DNA from: a bacterium
GTDB lineage: Bacteria; Patescibacteriota; Minisyncoccia; Phycocordibacterales; Phycocordibacteraceae
DNA length: 42,533 nt
Assembly: GCA_021794425.1 (NCBI GenBank)
Contig: JAJYQV010000037.1
Coordinates: 1-42,533 of the forward strand
Reading direction: 5' to 3'
Under the pieces are notes generated by a model. That model had not been told where the DNA came from, did not search any database, and worked only from the letters and a program-made list of their open reading frames with translations. Position numbers and translations under genes: made by a program. Positions 15,191-22,004 of the stretch are shown here, in pieces; positions within the stretch are counted from its first letter, which is position 1, and each line of letters opens with the position of its first letter.

Positions 15191-17644
15191 ATGCAATCTG
15201 GCGACCCCATCGAGAAGCACTTCCCGCGGATGAAGAGCGGCCAGAAGAAGGCGCTCGGGAAGCTCGGGATACGCACGCTCCGCGACCTCCTCTACCACTT
15301 CCCTGCCCGCTACGAGAACGCGGGCCCGACCGGCACGATCACGAGCGTGACCCCCGGCGCCGAGGTCACGCTCTTCGGCACAGTGAGGAAGCCCGACGTG
15401 CGCAAAGCTTGGAAGAGCCGCAAGCCGCTCGCCGAGGCGTGGCTCGAAGACAACTCCGGCAAGATAAAGATGATGTGGTTCTCCCAGCCCTACATCGCAA
15501 AAACGCTCCACGACGGCATGCACGTGCGCGTGACGGGGCGCATCGCGGGCGAGGGCGCAAAAGCATACCTCGCGAATCCGAAAATCGAGAAAAGTGCGAT
15601 CGAGCCCGGCAACCTCCATAATTCCCTCTTCGCCCGTACCGAGGATTTAAATGTTAAACATTTAAATCCGGAGGATGTGCGCGAGTCGCTCTTCAACACC
15701 CAAGTAGTTAGGACATCCGATGTCCTAACTTCTGAAGAAGGGCATCCGATGTTCACGGACGCGGCGCTGCACAGCGTGTATCCCGAGAGCAAGGGCGTCT
15801 CCTCGCTCTGGATCACCCACGCGGTGAAGAAGCTGTTTGAAGCGGGCGTGCACGAGAGGATCGAGGACCCGATTCCGGGCGACATCCTCGCGCGCTACAA
15901 GCTGCCCTCGCTCGCGAGTGCGCTCGTCTTCATACACGCGCCGCGCAAAAAGAGCGACGCGGACGCCGCGCGCAAACGCTTCGCGTTCGAGGAGATCTTT
16001 GCGCTCCAGGTGGTGATGCAGATGCGCCGGCGCGCGCACCTCGCCGAAGAGGCTCTCCCCGTCACCGTCGACCGGAAAGCACTCCAGGATTTCATCGCCT
16101 CGTACCCGTTCCCTGCCACCGACGCGCAGCTCTCCGCGATCGATTCGATCGTCTCCGACTTCGAGCAGCGTCACCCGATGCTCCGACTCCTCGAGGGCGA
16201 TGTGGGCTCGGGCAAGACCGCCGTTGCCGCCGCGACGGCATATCTGGTAGTTACTTCACTCCCTCCCAAAGTTCTCGAACGTGACAAAAAGCTTCCAGAT
16301 GCAAGGCGCGGGCAGGCGATTTCTGGAGGCGTACTGAAGGGTACGACGGAAGAAATCGACGGGGCCCGCAACGCAGCAGCTGGAGCTTTTGGGCATGTTC
16401 GAGGAGGGTACCTCCAGGTCGCATACTTGGTCCCGACCGAAATACTCGCCAAGCAGCACTTCTCGACCTTCGTCTCCTATTTCAAAGACCACCCGATCCC
16501 GATCGGCCTCATCACCGGCAATGAGTGCCGCGTCTTCCCGTCAAAGATCCGCTACGAAGAGTCCGCAAAGATCTCAAAGGCGGCGTTCAAGAAACGCGTC
16601 GCCGAGGGCACCATCCCCATCGTCATCGGCACCCACGCACTCGTCGAGAAGACGCTCACGTTCAAATACTTCGCGTACGCCATCATCGACGAGCAGCACC
16701 GGTTCGGCACGATGCACCGCCAGAAGCTCGCGACCAAGGGCGCGGTTGCACCCCAAGAGTACTTCCATTTTACTAACGCGGATGACCGCGAAGTAAAATG
16801 GGGCGCGCCGCACCTCCTCTCTATGACCGCGACGCCGATTCCCCGCACGCTCGCGCTCACCCTCTACGGCGACCTCGACCTCACGCTCCTCGACCAGATG
16901 CCCTCGGGGCGCAAACCCATCAAGACGGAAGTCCTCGGCCCCGAGAAGCGCGAGGAAGCGTATGCGCGCGTACGTGCCGAGCTCGTCGCGGGTCGCCAAG
17001 CCTACGTCATCTGCCCGCGCATCGACGAGCCCGATCCGACCAAAGAGCTCGCGCTCCAGGCGAAGTCGGTAGTCGCCGAGGCGGCACGTCTGAAAAAAGA
17101 GGTCTTTCCGCATGCGACCATCGGCATCCTCCACAGCAAGATGCGCCCTGCAGAAAAAGAAGAGGCGATGCAGAAATTCGAGAAGGGCGAGACGCAGATC
17201 CTCGTGGCCACTTCGGTGGTCGAGGTGGGCGTGAATGTGCCCAACGCGACGGTCATACTCATCGAGGGCGCCGAGCGCTTCGGGCTCGCCCAGCTCCACC
17301 AGCTGCGCGGCCGCGTCATCCGTTCAAATCACCAGGCGTACTGCTTTGCGCTCCCCGAGTCGTTCGGGCAAGCGACCAAAGACCGCATGAAAGCGTTCAC
17401 GCAGGCGAAGAACGGATTCGAGCTCGCCGAGTACGACCTCGGCCTGCGCGGCGCGGGCGAGCTCACCGGCGGCCGGCAGTGGGGCGTCTCCGACATCGCG
17501 ATGGAAGCCCTGAAGAACCTCAAGCTCGTCGAGGCCGCGCGCACCGAGGCAGCGAAACTGGTCGCAGTTGACCCCGACCTGCGCGCCCATCCGACGCTCG
17601 CGCTGCGCGCTCGCGCCGCCGACGCCGAGATGCACCTGGAATAA
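15191..17644 (+). CDS. recG: ATP-dependent DNA helicase RecG, unusually long because of in-frame insertions
   Basis: Wedge-domain N-terminus, GDVGSGKT, PTEILAKQH, DEQHRFG, MTATPIPRTL and QLHQLRGRVIR. The start was trimmed to MQSGDPIEKHF. Confidence 0.9.
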   Translation: MQSGDPIEKHFPRMKSGQKKALGKLGIRTLRDLLYHFPARYENAGPTGTITSVTPGAEVTLFGTVRKPDVRKAWKSRKPLAEAWLEDNSGKIKMMWFSQPYIAKTLHDGMHVRVTGRIAGEGAKAYLANPKIEKSAIEPGNLHNSLFARTEDLNVKHLNPEDVRESLFNTQVVRTSDVLTSEEGHPMFTDAALHSVYPESKGVSSLWITHAVKKLFEAGVHERIEDPIPGDILARYKLPSLASALVFIHAPRKKSDADAARKRFAFEEIFALQVVMQMRRRAHLAEEALPVTVDRKALQDFIASYPFPATDAQLSAIDSIVSDFEQRHPMLRLLEGDVGSGKTAVAAATAYLVVTSLPPKVLERDKKLPDARRGQAISGGVLKGTTEEIDGARNAAAGAFGHVRGGYLQVAYLVPTEILAKQHFSTFVSYFKDHPIPIGLITGNECRVFPSKIRYEESAKISKAAFKKRVAEGTIPIVIGTHALVEKTLTFKYFAYAIIDEQHRFGTMHRQKLATKGAVAPQEYFHFTNADDREVKWGAPHLLSMTATPIPRTLALTLYGDLDLTLLDQMPSGRKPIKTEVLGPEKREEAYARVRAELVAGRQAYVICPRIDEPDPTKELALQAKSVVAEAARLKKEVFPHATIGILHSKMRPAEKEEAMQKFEKGETQILVATSVVEVGVNVPNATVILIEGAERFGLAQLHQLRGRVIRSNHQAYCFALPESFGQATKDRMKAFTQAKNGFELAEYDLGLRGAGELTGGRQWGVSDIAMEALKNLKLVEAARTEAAKLVAVDPDLRAHPTLALRARAADAEMHLE
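15643..15669. repeat. AT-rich palindrome inside the recG coding sequence
   Basis: GGATTTAAATGTT-A-AACATTTAAATCC, with 13-nt perfect arms. Confidence 0.9.
15706..15730. repeat. Palindrome inside the recG coding sequence
   Basis: AGTTAGGACATC-C-GATGTCCTAACT, with 12-nt perfect arms. Confidence 0.9.
16261..16408. repeat. ~150-nt imperfect nested inverted repeat inside recG, between helicase motifs I and Ia
   Basis: The outer arms share CCCTCC, TCGAAC and AAAAGCT..CCAG (16261-16298 vs 16380-16408). Inner perfect pairs are CGATTTCT/AGAAATCG (16317-24/16351-58) and CGTAC/GTACG (16330-34/16341-45). Confidence 0.7.
16765..16801. repeat. 37-nt hairpin element inside recG
   Basis: CCATTTTACT-AA-CGCGG-ATGA-CCGCG-A-AGTAAAATGG. 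Confidence 0.85.
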
Positions 17645-17648
17645 CTAG

Positions 17649-17683
17649 TCCGCCCGCTTGGACTCGAACCAAGGACCGATCCG
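17649..17683 (-). tRNA. 3' half (positions 39-73) of a split or disrupted tRNA-Val(UAC)-like gene
   Basis: CGGAT CGGTC CTTGG TTCGAGT CCAAG CGGGCGG A. The acceptor strand is perfectly complementary to the 5' half at 17863-17869. Confidence 0.5.
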
Positions 17684-17731
17684 GTATACGTAGGCGTACG
17701 GCCATCGGCCTCGTTCGAAATAAAACTGGAG

Positions 17732-17807
17732 TGGTGGGCGTGCCTGGACTCGAACCAGGAACCGCAGAGGTATAAGCTCTGTGCTCTAACCATTGAGCTA
17801 CACGCCC
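17732..17807 (-). tRNA. tRNA-Ile(UAU), CCA encoded
   Basis: GGGCGTG TA GCTC AATGGTTA GAGC A CAGAG CTTATAC CTCTG CGGTT CCTGG TTCGAGT CCAGG CACGCCC A CCA. Confidence 0.85.
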
Positions 17808-17831
17808 AGTTTATTTCTCTCTCGCCCTCGC

Positions 17832-17869
17832 CCGTAAGCGGAGTGCTCTACCAACTGAGCTACGGGCGG
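17832..17869 (-). tRNA. 5' half (positions 1-38) of a split or disrupted tRNA-Val(UAC)-like gene
   Basis: CCGCCCG TA GCTC AGTTGGTA GAGC A CTCCG CTTACGG. No T-arm follows it. Confidence 0.5.
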
Positions 17870-17984
17870 ATGTGCTCATAGTATACCAACGCAAAGGGTA
17901 CGAACAGGCGCGTGGCCTCGCCATCTTCCTCGCATAATGGTATGGTGAAAAGCGGTTTTTGTTCAACATTGAAAAGGAAAAAAG

Positions 17985-18374
17985 ATGAAAATCGAATCGC
18001 CCTCCAGCGAGGGCTTCCAAAAAAAGCCTTCCGTTCGTTTGCAGTACACCTCTGGGGCTGTTGTGCTACAGCAGTCCCTCTTCACCGCGGCGAAAGACAT
18101 CTGCGATGGAGCCGCCACCGTGATCGACGCGCGCGGCGTGCCTATCCCAAGTGCGGCAATGGTGATTTGCCGCCGCGTGAGCAGCCGTGAGGGGGCAGGG
18201 GCAGGCGCCGTCCAAGCCGTTAAGGCGGGGGTCGACTTCTTCATCCTTCTAAGGGGGTTCATCAAAGAGCCACCCATTCCATCGAGTTCGTGCCGTCCTT
18301 CCGGGACGTGCCTCGACTCGGGGGATGATTGCGGCACTTGCTGCAATCGCGCGCGAACGCGCGCGGAGGAATAA
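17985..18374 (+). CDS. Hypothetical 129-aa protein with Cys-rich C-terminus
   Basis: ATG preceded by AAGGAAAAAAG and GC3-rich codons. It converges with ftsH on a shared bidirectional terminator. It has only a weak GAGAVQAVKA...RGF resemblance to SpoVS-type proteins. Confidence 0.4.
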   Translation: MKIESPSSEGFQKKPSVRLQYTSGAVVLQQSLFTAAKDICDGAATVIDARGVPIPSAAMVICRRVSSREGAGAGAVQAVKAGVDFFILLRGFIKEPPIPSSSCRPSGTCLDSGDDCGTCCNRARTRAEE

Positions 18375-18393
18375 AAAACAAAGGGAATATATT

Positions 18394-18423
18394 CCCAAAA
18401 CCCCGGCATCGCGTCCGGGGTTT
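18394..18423. terminator. Bidirectional rho-independent terminator (ftsH / 129-aa ORF)
   Basis: AAACCCCGG-catcgcgt-CCGGGGTTT, flanked by an A-run and a T-run. The adjacent GGGAATATATTCCC mini-palindrome is at 18383-18396. Confidence 0.7.
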
Positions 18424-18425
18424 GC

Positions 18426-20384
18426 TTATTTTTGCAACGGAGCGGCCGCGCGTATGTCCTCTTCCTTCTTCTTCGGCGTGATGCCGTTGAGCACCAGAAT
18501 CTTTTCGAAGCCATCGCGCTCAACCGTCTCTTTCTCCATGAGCTCTTTCGCGATGGCATCGAGCGCGCCGCGGTGTTCCCCTATGACCTTTGCCGCACGA
18601 GCCTTCCCTTCCTCGATGATGCGCGACACTTCCGCGTCGATCTCTGCCGCCACTTGCTCCGAGTACGGCTCGCGCCCAAGCTCGCGCTCGCCGAAGGCGA
18701 TGGGCCCGAGCTTGTCGCTCATGCCATAACGCGAGACCATGTCGCGCGCGAGCGCCGTGATGACTTGCAGGTCGTTGGAGGGCCCGGTCGTCACGTCGTC
18801 AAAGAGCATCTCTTCGGCCACGTACCCGCCAAGCGTCGCTGCGATGTCGTCGAGAAACTGTTTCTTCGATTGCATCTTACGGTCGTCAAACGGCAGCTTG
18901 AGCGTGTAGCCCGCCGCGCGGCCGCGGCTGATGATGGATATCTTGTGCACCGGGTCGGCATGCTCAAGCACCGAGGAGACGAGCGCGTGGCCGGCCTCGT
19001 GATACGCAGTGAGCTCTTTCTCTTTCTGCGAGAGCAGGTGCGACTTCCGCTCGGGGCCGAGCATCACCTTCTCGATGGAGCGGATGAGGTCATACTGGGT
19101 GACTTCTTTGCGATTATCACGCGCGGCGAGAATCGCGCCCTCGTTCATGAGGCTGTAGAGCTCGGCGCCCGAGAAGCCCGGCGTGCGCTCGGCAATGACG
19201 GAGAGCACCACATCCGGCCCGAGCGGCTTCTTGCGTGCGTGAATCTTGAGAATCTCCTCGCGATCGCGGCGATCGGGCAGATCAATGGTGACCCGCCGGT
19301 CGAAACGGCCGGGGCGCAGGAGCGCCGGGTCGAGCACGTCGGGGCGATTGGTCGCCGCCATCACGACGACTTTTTCGGTGGGCTCAAAGCCGTCCATCTC
19401 AACGAGAATCTGATTGAGCGTCTGCTCGCGCTCGTCGTTGCCGCCGCCCATGCCCGCGCCGCGCGTGCGCCCCACCGCGTCTATTTCGTCGACAAAGATG
19501 ATGGCCGGAGCCGCTTTCTTTGCCATCTGAAAGAGATCACGCACGCGCGAAGCGCCGACGCCGACGAACATTTCGACGAACTCCGAACCAGAAATAGAGA
19601 AGAACGGCACGCCCGCCTCGCCTGCGACGGCTCGGGCGAGCAACGTTTTTCCCGTGCCCGGCGCGCCCATGAGGATGATGCCCTTGGGGATCCGCGCGCC
19701 GATGTCGAGAAACTTCTTCGGGTTCTTGAGGAAATCGACGATCTCGAAGAGTTCTTCCTTTGCTTCGCGTGCGCCGGCAACGTCGGCAAATGTGACCCGC
19801 TGCGATGAGTCTGCGGGATCGGTGATGCGTGCCTTCGACTGGCCGAAGCTGAACGCCTGCATGCCCGCCCCCCGCACCTGCCGCGAGAGGAACCAGAACA
19901 GGAACGCGATAAAGAGAATCGGGATGAAAATCGGCGCGAGATTGAGGAACCAGAACTCGAAGCCCGACTGCCCCTGTATCGTGATAGCGACCTTGGCAAG
20001 CTCTTCCGGCGTGACGCCATAGGTCGCGAGCGTCTCGGGCAGGCCGGCCGACGGGTCTTTGCGCGACGTCTTCGCCGAGCCGTCAGCATAGGAGAGATTG
20101 AGCGCGTCGCCATTCACCGTGATCGCGCTCACCTTTCCTGCGGCGACGTCCGCCGCGACGGCAGAGAGCGGGATCTCCTTGTTTGGCTGCGCAACGCCCG
20201 TGATGAGCGAGTAGATGCTCATGAGAATAAGGAACGTGAGGATGGTCGTGGCGAGATTGCCGAAGAAAGACGGACCGCCAAAGAGCGCTTTCCACCCGCG
20301 GCGCTTCACACGTTTCGGGAGGCCCGCCACCGGCGGCAGTGCGCCTTTCTTCTTTCTCGGCTTTCTCGGAGATGCGGTTGGCAT
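18426..20384 (-). CDS. ftsH: ATP-dependent zinc metalloprotease FtsH
   Basis: 652 aa with two N-terminal TM segments, Walker [12 protein letters not shown], an AAA+ SRH region and the HEAGHA zinc motif. Confidence 0.95.
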   Translation of the reverse strand: MPTASPRKPRKKKGALPPVAGLPKRVKRRGWKALFGGPSFFGNLATTILTFLILMSIYSLITGVAQPNKEIPLSAVAADVAAGKVSAITVNGDALNLSYADGSAKTSRKDPSAGLPETLATYGVTPEELAKVAITIQGQSGFEFWFLNLAPIFIPILFIAFLFWFLSRQVRGAGMQAFSFGQSKARITDPADSSQRVTFADVAGAREAKEELFEIVDFLKNPKKFLDIGARIPKGIILMGAPGTGKTLLARAVAGEAGVPFFSISGSEFVEMFVGVGASRVRDLFQMAKKAAPAIIFVDEIDAVGRTRGAGMGGGNDEREQTLNQILVEMDGFEPTEKVVVMAATNRPDVLDPALLRPGRFDRRVTIDLPDRRDREEILKIHARKKPLGPDVVLSVIAERTPGFSGAELYSLMNEGAILAARDNRKEVTQYDLIRSIEKVMLGPERKSHLLSQKEKELTAYHEAGHALVSSVLEHADPVHKISIISRGRAAGYTLKLPFDDRKMQSKKQFLDDIAATLGGYVAEEMLFDDVTTGPSNDLQVITALARDMVSRYGMSDKLGPIAFGERELGREPYSEQVAAEIDAEVSRIIEEGKARAAKVIGEHRGALDAIAKELMEKETVERDGFEKILVLNGITPKKKEEDIRAAAPLQK

Positions 20385-20407
20385 GAAAGATACTATACTC
20401 TATAAGT

Positions 20408-20851
20408 ATGACCCTCGTCGAATACAAAAAGGCATTCCTCCGGTTTGCGCCGGTCGAAACGTTTGCCGCCGGCATCGAGCTTACCGGCGGCGAAGTGAAG
20501 GCGCTCCGGCAGAAGCTCGGGAGCCTCGACGGCGCGCGCGTGGTGGTGCGCGGCGGCGAAGCGTTCATCGTGGGGCTTACCATCCCGCCCTACCAGGCCG
20601 CGAACACTCAGAAGGGCTACGACAGCGAGCGCCCGCGCCGCCTGCTCCTCACGAAGAAAGAGCTCGCGCACCTCGCCGCCGAAGAATCAAAGAAAGGATT
20701 GACAATCGTACCTTTTGAGTTGTATACTGCTGGCAGGCTCGTGAAGGCAAAGATTGCGATCGTGCGCGGCAAAGGCAAAGCCGACCGCCGCGAAGACCTG
20801 AAGAAGCGCGATGCTTCGCGAGAAACCGCACGTGTTTTGAAAAATCGTTAG
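20408..20851 (+). CDS. smpB: SsrA-binding protein SmpB
   Basis: 147 aa with ...ETFAAGIELTGGEVKALR...RPRRLLLTKKEL...LVKAKIAIVRGKG. tmRNA lies immediately downstream. Confidence 0.9.
   Translation: MTLVEYKKAFLRFAPVETFAAGIELTGGEVKALRQKLGSLDGARVVVRGGEAFIVGLTIPPYQAANTQKGYDSERPRRLLLTKKELAHLAAEESKKGLTIVPFELYTAGRLVKAKIAIVRGKGKADRREDLKKRDASRETARVLKNR
20699..20728 (+). promoter_or_regulatory. Sigma70-like promoter consensus inside the 3' end of smpB (candidate ssrA promoter)
   Basis: TTGACA (20699-20704), 18-nt spacer, TATACT (20723-20728). It lies about 260 nt upstream of the tmRNA 5' end. Confidence 0.3.
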
Positions 20852-20988
20852 CCTGGAGCCGGCAATTCGTAAAAAGAGGGTAAGACTTGGCCTAGCGGCC
20901 CGGAGCGCACTCTTTTTTGGATTGCCGGCGAAGGGTGTACGCAGATCATTCGCCCAAAGCACAACTTAGAGATAAGATATGTTTTAGG

Positions 20989-21394
20989 GGGGGTGACCGG
21001 CTTTGACGGTCTGTCCTTTGAAAGACGTGCGACGCCGTGCATGCTCACCCACCACGTAAATCTGCGTGAGCAACGAAACTTGCCAAGAACACTCTTGCAA
21101 GCGTGGAGTCTCCGTACTTCGGTATGAAGGACTTCGCGTTCGCTCCCGCCTTCGCCTAACCGCGCCAGGCCGGACGACGTCTGTACCCTTGAGTTCCCTC
21201 AGTTGAGGATACAGGCGGAGTAATCTGAAGGATCGCTTACTCGCCTCCCGCCGAGAATAGCTAAATAAGGGATCGGGCAGGAATGGTTTCGTCGACGTTC
21301 CGCGCATCCTGCCTCAGACTCTAACGCCGACTACGCGTCGTAGACTCTCTTTCATAGCCAGATTCGGACGGGAGTTCAACTCTCCCCACCTCCA
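20989..21394 (+). ncRNA. ssrA: tmRNA (SsrA)
   Basis: The 5' end GGGGGTGACCGGCTTTGACGG and the 3' end GGACGGGAGTTCAACTCTCCCCACCTCCA form a tRNA-Ala-like acceptor with a G3:U70 pair. An internal reading frame ends ...FAFAPAFA-TAA. Confidence 0.85.
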
Positions 21395-21402
21395 CTCGAT
21401 TC

Positions 21403-21436
21403 GCCCGAGGTCCGCTCACGCGGGCCTCGGGCTTTT
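21403..21436 (+). terminator. Rho-independent terminator after ssrA
   Basis: GCCCGAGGTCCGC-tcac-GCGGGCCTCGGGC followed by TTTT. Confidence 0.75.
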
Positions 21437-21449
21437 GTATACTGCCTGC

Positions 21450-22004
21450 ATGAAGCTTAAGCCGCTGCCGAAATCATGGTTTGCCGGAGATGCGGTGGCG
21501 CTCGCGCCCAAGCTGCTCGGGAAGATAGTGAAGAGGGGCGCGTGCGTCGGTCGTATCGTCGAGACGGAGGCCTACACGACCGACGCGGCGAGCCACGGCG
21601 CAAAAGTGACAGCCCGGAGCGCACCCATGCGCGAGACCTACGGCCACTGGTACGTCTACTTCACCTACGGCATGCACTGGTGCGCGAACGTGACGACGAA
21701 CGAGGGCGGCACGGGTGCCGTGCTCATCCGCGCGGTCGAGCCGCTCGAAGGCCTCGCGCTCATGAAGCGCCGACGAAAGACTGATGTCGTGCAGAACCTT
21801 GCGAACGGCCCTGCGAAATTCTGTCAGGCCTTCGGCATCACGGGCAAGGACAATGCCGCGGCGCTCGGCGGCGACTTCGCCATCTACGACGCGCCCGAGC
21901 TCGCGCCGGAAGAGATCGGCACCTCCTCGCGCATCGGCATCACCGTCGGCACCGAGCTCCCCTGGCGCTTCTTCGTGAAAGGCAATGAGTTCGTGAGCGG
22001 CTAG
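21450..22004 (+). CDS. DNA-3-methyladenine glycosylase (Mpg/AAG family)
   Basis: LLGKIV...GRIVETEAY...YVYFTYGMHWCANV...GAVLIRAVEP. The start was trimmed to MKLKPL. Confidence 0.85.
   Translation: MKLKPLPKSWFAGDAVALAPKLLGKIVKRGACVGRIVETEAYTTDAASHGAKVTARSAPMRETYGHWYVYFTYGMHWCANVTTNEGGTGAVLIRAVEPLEGLALMKRRRKTDVVQNLANGPAKFCQAFGITGKDNAAALGGDFAIYDAPELAPEEIGTSSRIGITVGTELPWRFFVKGNEFVSG

Noticed and set aside
17686-17831. Group I intron as the explanation for the interrupted tRNA-Val-like gene.
   Set aside because: The interval is only ~146 nt, and 76 nt of it is a complete tRNA-Ile. That is too short for a group I catalytic core, and I saw no P7/P3-like conserved elements.
17880-18420. Possible RNase P RNA, SRP RNA or 6S RNA in the ~540-nt gap between the tRNA cluster and ftsH.
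   Set aside because: I looked on both strands for GAGGAAAGTCC, ACAGAA..CGGCTTA and the SRP GGAA/AGCAGCC motifs and found none convincing. A plus-strand ORF with an RBS and coding-like codon bias explains most of the gap. An Rfam scan is still advisable.
22001-22004. Convergent mpg and cfa genes overlap by 4 nt, sharing a CTAG that supplies both stop codons.
   Set aside because: It is real in the sequence but is an ordinary consequence of compact genomes. No functional claim is warranted.
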